Shown here: in pieces, positions 9,098 through 18,602 of the stretch
How positions within the stretch are numbered: position 1 is the stretch's first letter
Layout of the letters: every line of letters begins with the position of its first letter
DNA from: Macrostomum lignano
Lineage: Eukaryota
Reading direction: 5' to 3'
Assembly (NCBI GenBank): GCA_002269645.1
Contig: NIVC01005241.1
Span: 1 to 18,602, forward strand
Length of the DNA stretch: 18,602 nucleotides
Made by a program: the position numbers and the translations under genes
The notes under the pieces: generated by a model
The model's input: only the letters and a program-made list of their open reading frames with translations
Database searches by the model: none
What the model was told of the DNA's origin: nothing

Positions 9098-12000
9098 GTG
9101 AGTAGTATCTGTAGATTTAGTTCTAATTAGTAGGTTTAGTTCTAATTAGTAGATAACAGGACTTTATTGGGTCAGTAGCATCCAGGAGGACTTTATTGGG
9201 TCAGTAGCATCCAGGAGGACTTTATTGGGTCAGTAGCATGCAGAAGGGCTTTATTGGGTCAGTAGCATGCAGAAGGGCTTTATTGGGTCAGTAGCATCCA
9301 GGAGGACTTTATTGGGTCAGTAGCATCCAGGAGGACTTTATTGGGTCAGTAGCATGCAGAAGGGCTTTATTGGGTCAGTAGCATGCAGAAGGGCTTTATT
9401 GGGTCAGTAGCATGCAGAAGACTTTATTGGGTCAGTAGCACCCATAAGGACTTTATTGGGTCAGTAGCATGCAGAAGGGCTTTATTGGGTCAGTAGCATG
9501 CAGAAGACTTTATTGGGTCAGTAGCATGCAGAAGGACTTTATTGGGTCAGTAGCACCCAGAAGGACTTTATTGGGTCAGTAGCATGCAGAAGAAGGACTT
9601 AATGATTGATGACAATTTGATTTGATTTCCAGCTTTTATCAGAGGCGACTACAGGCGCGTGATCTATCCAACTGATTCTAATGGCCAGATCTGCGGCCGC
9701 GATGTTCAGTAAGCTTGCACATACATATATATGCATCGATTTTATTTGTACATTAGTATACAACAGCTTTATAGATAGGAATTTTGTACTGTATTTTCAT
9801 GCTAGGCCATGTCTAATTTATCAATCCATTGGCTGCATTTCCGCTTTGGCCTATTATTATTCAGTGTGTAACATTAATATAGTAGTGTCGGAGCGCCACT
9901 TCTATAACTGGTGCGAGTGCAAGCGGCAACGATAATATGCTTGTTTCCATACTCTGCCACTGGGCAAATAGTATATGCGCATGGTATAGTATCATTCCCT
10001 TCTATATCCTCTCTGATTGCGCAGCCTATTTGCGAACTGCTGCGCTCGTATTCTTTATTGCTACTAAAAGCCTGCTGTTTCTCTCTACCCTTTTGCCCCT
10101 AATATATCCTTCTATCCATACTAACCATTAACTCGATTTGTAGATAACTTATCTTGCTCTATCCGATAGAAAAAAATAGCAACTTCTGTTGAAGCTACTG
10201 ATATAAAGACATTTAAGAATGTACAGCAGTCTGATCGCAGAATGTACAGCAGCTCACATGCTGAATGTACAGCAGTCTACATGCTGAATGTACAGCAGTC
10301 TACATGCTGAATGTACAGCAGTCTACATGCTGAATGTACAGCAGTCTACATGCTGAATGTACAGCAGTCTACATGCTGAATGTACAGCTGTCTACATGCT
10401 GAATGTACAGCAGTCTGATCGCAGAATGTACAGCAGTCTACATGCTGAATGTACAGCCGTCTACATGCTGAATGTACAGCAGTCTGATCGCAGAATGTAC
10501 AGAAGTCTACATGCTGAATGTACAGCAGTCCACGTGCTGAATGTACAGCAGTCCACGTGCTGAATGTACAGCAGTCCACATACTGAATATACAGCAGTCC
10601 ACATGCTGAATGTACAGCAGTCCACAAACTGAATATACAGCAGTTCACATGCTGAATGTACAGCAGTCCACATGCTGAATGTACAGCAGTCAACAAACTG
10701 AATATACAGCAGTTCACATGCTGAATGTACAGCAGTCCACATGCTGAATGTACAGCAGTCCACAAACTGAATATACAGCAGTTCACATGCTGAATGTACA
10801 GCAGTCTACATGCTGAATGTACAGCAGTCCACAAACTGAATATACAGCAGTTCACATGCTGAATGTACAGCAGTCCACATGCTGAATGTACAGCAGTTCA
10901 CATGCTGAATGTACAGCAGTCCACATGCTGAATGTACAGCAGTTCACATGCTGAATGTACAGCAGTTCACAAACTGAATATACAGCAGTCCACATGCTGA
11001 ATGTACAGCAGTTCACATGCTGAATGTACAGCAGTCCACATGCTGAATGTACAGCAGTTCACATGCTGAATGTACAGCAGTTCACAAACTGAATATACAG
11101 CAGTTCACATGCTGAATGTACAGCAGTCCACATGCTGAATGTACAGCAGTTCACATGCTGAATGTACAGCAGTCCACATGCTGAATGTACAGCAGTCCAC
11201 ATGCTGAATGTACAGCACCAGTTTGCATTCCGCACTCCCGCATCCTTAGAAACCGGACCCGCCTGGTGTTCTTCGATCTGACCGTGTGCGCCCGCATGGG
11301 CCTGGCCGCAGTCCAGCTGGGCTGCCCAACGCCGCAGGTGTGCGTAGCCAGCTGCCCAACCAGGATGTGGGCCTGGTTGCCGGCTCACCTGGCTGAGACT
11401 GGCGGCGATTTGAATGGCCCAGTCAAAACAACAATTGCTGCCGAACGGGAGAAGATGGTCTGTCTGGGCGGGCGCAACGCCATGGAACCTGAGTACCAGT
11501 CCCTGAGCATCCGTGACCTGGTTCAGAATCACTTGTGCGCACCCTACACCCTGCCGTCCGTGAGCATGCTTGGCCGCTGCCTGCCAAAACTGCTGAAGGG
11601 TGTCGGCGGCCGGGTTGTCAGCAGCATGACCACTCTGCCTAACAATGTTACCAGCGCTAACAATCGCAGTATCGGGGCGGACACCGTGCGAAGGGTACCA
11701 ACACTATGGCTAGGTTTATCAAGGTGTACAGCTATCTGCAGGTGAGCTCTTTTGCTGCGTTGCTGTTCGAGAACCTAGAACTTATTCAGCCACACCGCCA
11801 TCTCCCTGCCAGTCCCCAGCCACACCGCCATCTCCCTGCCAGTCCCCAGCCACCGCCATCCCTGCCAGTCCCCAGCTACACCGCCATCTCCCTGCCAGTC
11901 CCCAGCTACACCGCCATCTCCCTGCCAGTCCCCAGCCACACCGCCATCTCCCTGCCAGTCCCCAGCTACACCGCCATCTCCCTGCCAGTCCCCAGCCACA

Positions 12001-15000
12001 CCGCCATCTCCCTGCCAGTCCCCAGCTACACCGCCATCTCCCTGCCAGTCCCCAGCCACACCGCCATCTCCCTGCCAGTCCCCAGCCACACCGCCATCTC
12101 CCTGCCAGTCCCCAGCCACACCGCCATCTCCCTGCCAGTCCCCAGCCACACCGCCATCTCCCTGCCAGTCCCCAGCCACACCGCCATCTCCCTGCCAGTC
12201 CCCAGCCACACCGCCATCTCCCTGCCAGTCCCCAACCACACCGCCATCTCCCTGCCAGTCCCCAACCACACGCCATCTCCCTGCCAGTCCCCAACCACAC
12301 CGCCATCTCCCTGCCAGTCCCCAACCACACCGCCATCTCCCTGGCCCCGTAGGCGCTATTCGAAGACGTGGTGCAGTCGTGGCAGTGGATAGTCGGTGGC
12401 TGCCTGCTAGCTGTGGCTGTCAGTCTGCTATGGGTGCTTCTGCTCCGCTACCTGGCCAAGCCAATTGTAATCCTATCCATAGTACTGTTTGTACTGCTAT
12501 TCGCGGCCGCCACAGCTTTCACAGTGTACAAGTACATTATCTTGCGCGGCCAATCGGATTCGTTGGAGAAGAACACAAAGCTAACTTTCGATTTTGGCTA
12601 TTATTTGCACCTGTCTCGTACCTGGCTGTTTCTAGCTATCGTGTCCGGTAGTCTGTTCATCATTGTGCTGTTCCTGCTGATCTGGCTGCGCCGGCGAATC
12701 TGCATTGCCATAGCTTTGATCTCTCACACTAGCCACTGCCTAGGCCATATGATGTCCTGTCTGGTGTTCCCTCTGCTACCGTTTGTACTGCAATTTGGCG
12801 TGTTAGTGTTCTTCATTATCACGGCTATCCATATTAGCAGTTTGGGCGATCCGGTGATGCGCCAGATTGACAATGAGACTTTTCTCGCGGACTTGAATTT
12901 TACTTCGCTAAGCACCGAGGAAGCCAAGCAGAAGATTAACGATTTGCTTACCCATCTGATTCCGTGCAATCCTAATGTGAGTTCCGATTGCCCGTTTTAT
13001 TTTATTGATATGCTTTTGATATTTAAGAAACTGTTTTGGTTGCGAGTAGGTCTCCATTTTCTGCTCGAAATATTTTAGCGACTAACGAACTTGAAAGTTT
13101 GTCGAACTTTTTGTGAAACTTTTTTTGAAGAATCCCAATATCTGCATAGCAATGTACAACTCATGGCAATGTAAAGCTGACATAGCAATGTACAGCTGGC
13201 ATAGCAATGTAAAGCTGGCATAGCAATGTACAGTCGGCATAGCAATGTACAGCTGGCATAGCAATGTACAGTTGGCATAACAATGTACAGCTGGCATAGC
13301 AATGTACAGCTGGCATAGCAATGTACAGCTGGCATAGCAATGTACAGTTGGCATAACAATGTACAGCTGGCATAGCAATGTACAGCTGGCATAGCAATGT
13401 ACAGCTGGCATAGCAATGTACAGTTGGCATAACAATGTACAGCTGGCATAGCAATGTACAGTCGGCATAGCAATGTAAAGCTGGCATAGCAATGTACAGT
13501 CGGCATAGCAATGTACAGTTGGCATAACAATGTACAGCTGGCATAGCAATGTACAGTTGGCATAACAATGTAAAGCTGGCATAGCAATGTACAGTCGGCA
13601 TAGCAATGTACAGTTGGCATAGCAATGTACAGCTGGCATAGCAATGTACAGTCGGCATAGCAATGTACAGTTGGCATAGCAATGTACAGCTGGCATAGAA
13701 ATGTACAGCTCTTATAGCAATACCAATCATTACATATCTTAAATTTTGCAATGATGAGGCGATTTTGCAAGCAAACAGCTAAATTCACGCATTATCCTTT
13801 ATTACAGTCAACCAACGTTGCGGGCTCCATGTGCCGCTTTCTGAAGTACGGAGATGACGCGTAAGTTTTTACTGTGTGTCTACTTTCAGTAATATGTAAT
13901 GCAGCAGTTCTGTTTTGTAAATTTGGTATACTAATTACTAACTAAAACACGCAGATTCGGGCCCTACATGCAGTTGTTCAACATCTTCATGTTCTTCTGG
14001 CTGTTTAACTTTGTTGACGCTCTGTGCGAGATGACGCTGGCTGGAGCCTTCGCCTCGTATTACTTTGCTTTTAAGAAGCCTGACGACATACCGGCTACTC
14101 CGCTACTTAGCTCATTCTGGCGCTGCATTCGGTTCGTGTTCTGAGTTCCTATTCTGGTTGACATTGGGCCCGCCTTTAGCTTCTTTTAGCGAGCCGCTGC
14201 CCCAATTATCCTTTATGTACACCATAGGTGCTTCAGTGATACACCATAGGTGCTTCAGTGATCCCCCATAGGTGCTTCAGTGATCCCCCATAGGTGCTTC
14301 AGTGATACCCCATAGGTGCTTCAGTGATACCCCATAGGTGCTTCAGTGATACCCCATAGGTGCTTCAGTGATACCCCATAGGTGCTTCAGTGATACCCCA
14401 TAGGTGCTTCAGTGATACCCCTATATGTCTCTGAGATACCCAGATTGGTCTTTCAGTGATCTCAGTGAGTTTAAATGTACTTCACTAGCTACTGCACTTT
14501 TAATAGTTTTTTTCTACTGTCCGTAGAATGCCACGCAAATGTACTTCTATGAAAATTTCAGGTATCACATGGGCTCCATCGCGTTTGGCTCGCTGATAAT
14601 TTCCATCGTGCAGCTGATCAGGGTGATGCTGGAGTATCTCGATCACAAGCTCAAGGACACTCAGAATCCAGTTGGTCAATTCTTTCTCAAGTGCCTGAAG
14701 TGCTGCTTCTGGTGTCTGGAGAAGTGTCTGAAATTTCTTAATCGCAACGCTTACATACTGGTGAGCTTAAAATTGTAATGGGGCGCTTTCACAAACTAGA
14801 AGCTTGACAAACTAGAACTCGACAAACTAGAAGCTTGACAAACTAGAACTCGACAAACTAGAAGCTTGACAAACTAGAAACCTCAAAAACTAGAAACTTG
14901 ACAAACTAGAACTTGACAAACTAGAAGCTTGACAAACTAGAAACTTGACAAACTAGAACTTGACAAACTAGAAGCTTGACAAACTATAAACTTGACAAAC

Positions 15001-17623
15001 TAGAAGCTTGAGAAACTAGAAACTCAAAAACTAGAAACTTGACAAACTAGAACTTGACAAACTAGAAACCTCAAAAACTAGAAACTTGACAAACTAGAAC
15101 TTGACAAACTAGAACTTGACAAACTAGAAACCTCAAAAACTAGAAACTTGATAAACTAGAATTGACAAACTAGAACTTGACAAACTAGAAACCTCAAAAA
15201 CTTGAAACTTGACAAACTAGAACTTGACAAACTAGAACTTGACAAACTAGAACTTGACAAACTAGAACTTGACAAACTAGAACTTGACAAACTAGAAGCT
15301 TGACAAACTAGAACTCGACAAACTAGAAGCTTGACAAACCAGAACGCGACAAACTAGAAGCTTGACAAACTAGAAACCTCACAAACTAGAAACTTGACAA
15401 ACTAGAAACCTCAAAAACTAGAAACTTGACAAACTAGAAACTTGACAAACTAGAACTTGAAAAACTAGAAACCTCACAAACTAGAAACTTGACAAACTAG
15501 AACTTGACAAACTAGAAGCTTGACAAACTAGAACTCGACAAACTAGAACTCGACAAACTAGAAGCTTGACAAACTAGAACTTGACAGACTAGAACTTGAC
15601 AAACTAGAAGCTTGACAAACTAGAACTCGACAAACTAGAAGCTTGACAAACTAGAACTCGACAAACTAGAAGCTTGACAAACTAGAAACCTCACAAACTA
15701 GAAACTTGACAAACTAGAAACCTCAAAAACTAGAAACTTGACAAACTAGAACTTGACACACTAGAACTTGACAAACTAGAAGCTTGACAAACTAGAACTC
15801 GACAAACTAGAAGCTTGACAAACTAGAACTCGACAAACTAGAAGCTTGACAAACTAGAAACCTCACAAACTAGAAACTTGACAAACTAGAAACCTCAAAA
15901 ACTAGAAACTTGACAAACTAGAACTTGACAAACTAGAAGCTTGACAAACTAGAACTCGACAAACTAGAAGCTTGACAAACTAGAAACCTTACAAACTAGA
16001 AGCTTTACAAGACGCCATTACAACAGTTAGTATAACTCGTATTCCAGATTGCCATATACGGTAGGAACTTCTGCTCGCTGCCAGGGACTCGTTCTTTCTC
16101 ATATTGCGCAATATTGTGCGCGTAGCCGTTGTGGACAAAGTGGCCGACTTTGTACTTTTCATTAGCAAACTGGTTATCGTTTGCACTATTGGTAAGACCT
16201 GCTACCATTGACTTTTTGTTAGTGAGTTTCTGACGTGTGTTAAATATGTGTTGCTTAATTAAGCGTTTATCTCCTGTGTGTCTTTTAAGCTTAAAGTATA
16301 ATCTATCGATGCCCGAATGGTGAGATCTAACACTAAACCAAGGACTCCAAGGAGATCCTGTGCTTTTATCTATGAATCGGATTGCATTCTCTAATCTGAG
16401 AGACTATGAGACTATGAGATCTCGCGCTCTAATCTAGGGGTAAAACTATGAGATCCTAGCCTCTAACCTAGGGGTGAAACTATGAGATCCCGTGCTCTAA
16501 CCAAGGGATGAGACTATGAGATCTCATGCTCTAACCAAGGGATGAGACTATGAGATCTCATGCTCTAACCAAGGGATGAGACTATGAGATCTCATGCTCT
16601 AACCAAGGGATGAGACTATGAGATCTCATGCTCTAACCTAGGTATGAGACTGAGATCCAACGCTCTAACCAAGAGATGAGACTGAAATCTCATGCTCTAG
16701 CCTAGGGATGAGACTATGAGATCCCAGATCCCATGCTTTATTCTAGGGTGAGACTTTGAGATCCCAGATCCCAAGCTCTAATCTATAGGTGAGACTTTGA
16801 GAGATCCCAGATCCCATACTCTAATCTATGGGTGAGACTATGAGATCCCAGATCCCATGCTTTATTCTAGGGGTGAGACTCTGAGATCCCATATCCCATG
16901 CTCTAGCCTAGGGATGAGACTATGAGATCCCAGATCCCATGCTTTATTCTAGGGGTGAGACTTTGAGATCCCAGATCCCAAGCTCTAATCTATAGGTGAG
17001 ACTTTGAGAGATCCAGATCCCATACTCTAATCTATGGGTGAGACTATGAGATCCCATATCCCGTGCTCTAATCTATGGGTGAGACTTTGAGATCCCAGAT
17101 CCCAAGCTCTAATCTATAGGTGAGACTTTGAGATCCCATATCCCATGCTCTAATCTATGGGTGAAACTTTGAGATCCCATATCCCATGCTTTAATCTATG
17201 GGTGAGACTTTGAGATCCCATATCCCATGCTCTAGTCTATGGTGAGACTATGAAATCCTAGATCCCATGCTCTAATCTAGGTGTGAGACTATGAGATCCA
17301 GACCCTAATCTAGGGGTGAGACTATGAGATCATAGGCTCTATCCTGGGATTAGACTACGAGTTTCCTTGCTCTAACCAATAAGTGAGCTATGACTCATTT
17401 TCACTGTCTCTAATCAAGAGCGTGACAGTGCATATGCAATGCCAATACAAAAAGAGCCACCAGAGTCGGCTCCTCTATGCTTTCAATCAGCCGCAATGCG
17501 AATCCCCGAACGCCTAAAATTCCTTTTCTGGCCCCGCCAGTCGCAATCTTCAATCTCTTCATGCACCCGCACGACGAGCCAATGACGAAGTCCGGAGCCG
17601 CTCACAGCTACTCTGTGCCTATC
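8975..17623 (+). CDS. SLC44A2/4/5-like: Choline transporter-like protein (CTL, SLC44A2/4/5 type), partial spliced gene: 9 exons, about 658 codons after correcting two frameshifts
   Basis: Exons 8975-9097, 9633-9708, 11250-11741, 12353-12976, 13808-13860, 13955-14131, 14562-14760, 16048-16191 and 17541-17623 all have AG/GT borders. Phases are compatible once 1 nt is restored in the third and eighth exons. Family motifs: [82 protein letters not shown]. Confidence 0.93.
9159..9600 (+). repeat. Intronic minisatellite, 29-bp unit, about 15 copies
   Basis: GGACTTTATTGGGTCAGTAGCAT(C/G)CAG(G/A)A; unit starts at 9159, 9188 and onward. Confidence 0.97.
9633..9708 (+). CDS. SLC44A2/4/5-like: CTL exon b: (A)[24 protein letters not shown](Q)
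   Basis: Acceptor TTCCAG, donor CA|GTAAGC; phase 1 to 2; matches the family GDPxxxxYPxxSxGxxCG pattern. Confidence 0.92.
10217..11217 (+). repeat. Intronic minisatellite, 23-bp unit, about 43 copies
   Basis: GCTGAATGTACAGCAGT(C/T)(C/T)ACAT. This explains the minus-strand ORFs at 10346-10855 and nearby. Confidence 0.97.
11250..11741 (+). CDS. SLC44A2/4/5-like: CTL exon c (Cys-rich extracellular loop) with an apparent 1-nt deletion at 11693-11695
   Basis: Acceptor CCTTAG, donor CAG|GTGAGC. Reads [10 protein letters not shown]...[12 protein letters not shown]...GRCLP...ADTVRR, then in the shifted frame [16 protein letters not shown]. Confidence 0.9.
11787..12343 (+). repeat. Intronic C-rich minisatellite, 30-bp unit, about 18 copies
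   Basis: CACACCGCCATCTCCCTGCCAGTCCCCAGC with variants AGCT and AACC. Confidence 0.98.
12353..12976 (+). CDS. SLC44A2/4/5-like: CTL exon d: [16 protein letters not shown]...HLIPCNPN (several TM helices)
   Basis: Acceptor CCGTAG, donor AAT|GTGAGT; 624 nt, phase 0 to 0; motifs [27 protein letters not shown]. Confidence 0.95.
13145..13720 (+). repeat. Intronic minisatellite, 19-bp unit, about 30 copies
   Basis: GGCATAGCAATGTACAG(CT/TT/TC). This explains the three minus-strand repetitive ORFs at 13075-13788. Confidence 0.97.
13808..13860 (+). CDS. SLC44A2/4/5-like: CTL exon e: [17 protein letters not shown](A)
   Basis: Acceptor TTACAG, donor GC|GTAAGT; phase 0 to 2 bridges the flanking exons; has the conserved loop Cys (CxF). 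Confidence 0.85.
13955..14131 (+). CDS. SLC44A2/4/5-like: CTL exon f: [58 protein letters not shown](R)
   Basis: Acceptor CGCAG, donor CG|GTTCGT; phase 2 to 2; strong family motif. Confidence 0.93.
14219..14421 (+). repeat. Intronic minisatellite, 22-bp unit, about 9 copies
   Basis: CCATAGGTGCTTCAGTGAT(A/C)C(C/A). Confidence 0.96.
14562..14760 (+). CDS. SLC44A2/4/5-like: CTL exon g: (R)[13 protein letters not shown]...[20 protein letters not shown]
   Basis: Acceptor TTTCAG, donor CTG|GTGAGC; phase 2 to 0; most conserved CTL region. Confidence 0.96.
14790..15998 (+). repeat. Intronic minisatellite, 15-16-bp units, roughly 75 copies, with higher-order structure
   Basis: ACAAACTAGAA followed by CTTG, GCTTG, ACTTG, CTCG or ACCTC. 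Confidence 0.97.
16048..16191 (+). CDS. SLC44A2/4/5-like: CTL exon h with an apparent 1-nt deletion at 16077-16078
   Basis: Acceptor TTCCAG, donor G|GTAAGA. Reads [10 protein letters not shown], then in the shifted frame (A)[37 protein letters not shown]. Confidence 0.92.
16400..17372 (+). repeat. Intronic minisatellite, 34-bp units grading into 41-42-bp units
   Basis: GAGACTATGAGATC(TC / CCAGATCCC)ATGCTCTAA... repeated roughly 25 times. Confidence 0.93.
17541..17623 (+). CDS. SLC44A2/4/5-like: Probable CTL exon i: (V)[27 protein letters not shown]
   Basis: Acceptor CCGCCAG, donor ATC|GTAAGA; phase 1 entry matches the previous exon; HSYSVPI aligns positionally with the family LNYYxxPI motif. 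Sequence similarity is weak. Confidence 0.55.
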
Positions 17624-18254
17624 GTAAGACCTGCATTGAAATTAATGGCTACTTGGATGCACTTTTTCTACCGCTATGTGTGTGTGTATTTGCACTTGCC
17701 CCATTTGCTAGGCTTAGCTTTCCTGCATCTGTGTGGGCGTGTGCGCGGGTCTGCAGAGCTGTAGCTTTATTTCATGTCGTGTGCGCAGCTAGAAAATGCC
17801 ATGTTCGATTTTCCTCTCTGCTGACTTTTTTTACTAACACCTAGCGTAGAATTTCTCTTCACCCACTGCATGTTTAAAGCTCTCCTAGCAGGTTATCGGG
17901 GCTGTAATGGGATTCTGTTTGCTCGAGCAATGCATGCGGCGGTATGTTGGACTTGGTGATCAATATGCGCACACGTTTATTATGATTGCTAGCATTATTG
18001 TCTCTATTACTAATATACATTTTGTGCCACCTTTGTGTTATTTATTTTTTCGTTTGCTAGTCATGTGCTTCTTTTTGTTGGAGTGCGCAATACAGTGCAT
18101 TATCAAAGCATTTATACTTTTTTTACTTCTAATATTATCTACTAGAAATTCAAGCGGCTTAAAAAATGTATATATATAGTGTTTTTGCATAGCAACTCCG
18201 TGTTGTTGTCAATCAGCCTTAGTTTATTTCTTGGATAGACAATATTTGAGCCGC

Positions 18255-18602
18255 CACCCTCCCCAGATCCCCAGGCTGGGGCGCCCACCATCTTCCCAGA
18301 TCCCCAGGCTGGGGCGGCCACCATCTTCCCAGATCCCCAGGCTAGGGCGCCACCTCTCTCCAGCTCCCCAGGCTGGGGCGCGCACCCTCTTCCCAAGATC
18401 CCCAGGCTGGGGCGCGCACCCTCTCTCCAGATCCCCAGGCTAGGGCGCCACGCCTCTCCCCAGCTCCCCAGGCTGGGCGCGCACCATCTTCCCAGATACC
18501 AGGCTGGGGCGCCACCATCTTCCCAGATCCCCAGGCTAGGGCGCCACCCTCTCTCCAGCTCCCCAGGCTGGGGCGCCACCTCTCCCAAGATCCCAGGCTG
18601 GG
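18255..18602 (+). repeat. GC-rich minisatellite, about 33-35-bp unit, running off the window end
   Basis: CCCCAGGCT(G/A)GGGCG..CACC..CT..CCAG(A/C)T repeated about 10 times; probably intronic. Confidence 0.93.

Noticed and set aside
10346-13788. Long repetitive ORFs (10346-10855, 11775-12336, 13075-13788 etc.) that look like repeat proteins
   Set aside because: They are stop-free frames of intronic minisatellites; the real exons flank them with canonical splice sites.
9159-17372. Regular repeat arrays as a possible CRISPR
   Set aside because: Head-to-tail units with no unique spacers, no cas genes, and a spliced eukaryotic context.
17892-17941. Possible exon AG|GTTATCGGGGCT...CG|GTATGT (VIGAVMGFCLLEQCMR), phase-compatible with exon i
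   Set aside because: The peptide does not match the well-conserved CTL C-terminal helix; splice-like signals alone are not enough.
17907-18179. Hydrophobic 90-aa ORF as a small membrane protein
   Set aside because: T-rich intron-like sequence yields hydrophobic codons by chance; no family motif.

Overview
Eukaryotic (metazoan, probably invertebrate) genomic DNA; no prokaryotic features. The right half (8975 to at least 17623, + strand) holds nine spliced exons of a choline transporter-like gene (CTL / SLC44A2-4-5 type). Its first coding exon was not located and its last exons probably lie beyond the window. Two single-G losses break its reading frame (about 11693-11695 and 16077), either long-read assembly errors or real null alleles. 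Almost every intron carries its own minisatellite (29, 23, 30, 19, 22, 15-16, 34-42 and about 33-35 bp units). The left half is mobile-element debris: a 5'-inverted RTE-like non-LTR insertion with an 11-bp target-site duplication (1322-2022); a pure (TAC)49 tract; a 1.8-kb non-autonomous DNA transposon with TAC..GTA ends, about 230-bp TIRs, a 6-bp TSD, a decayed Ulp1-like protease/PHD-like cargo and a triplicated subterminal unit (4777-6592); and a foldback minisatellite (6699-7264). Most long ORFs in the supplied track are artefacts of the repeats. All family assignments come from motif recognition, not database searches.
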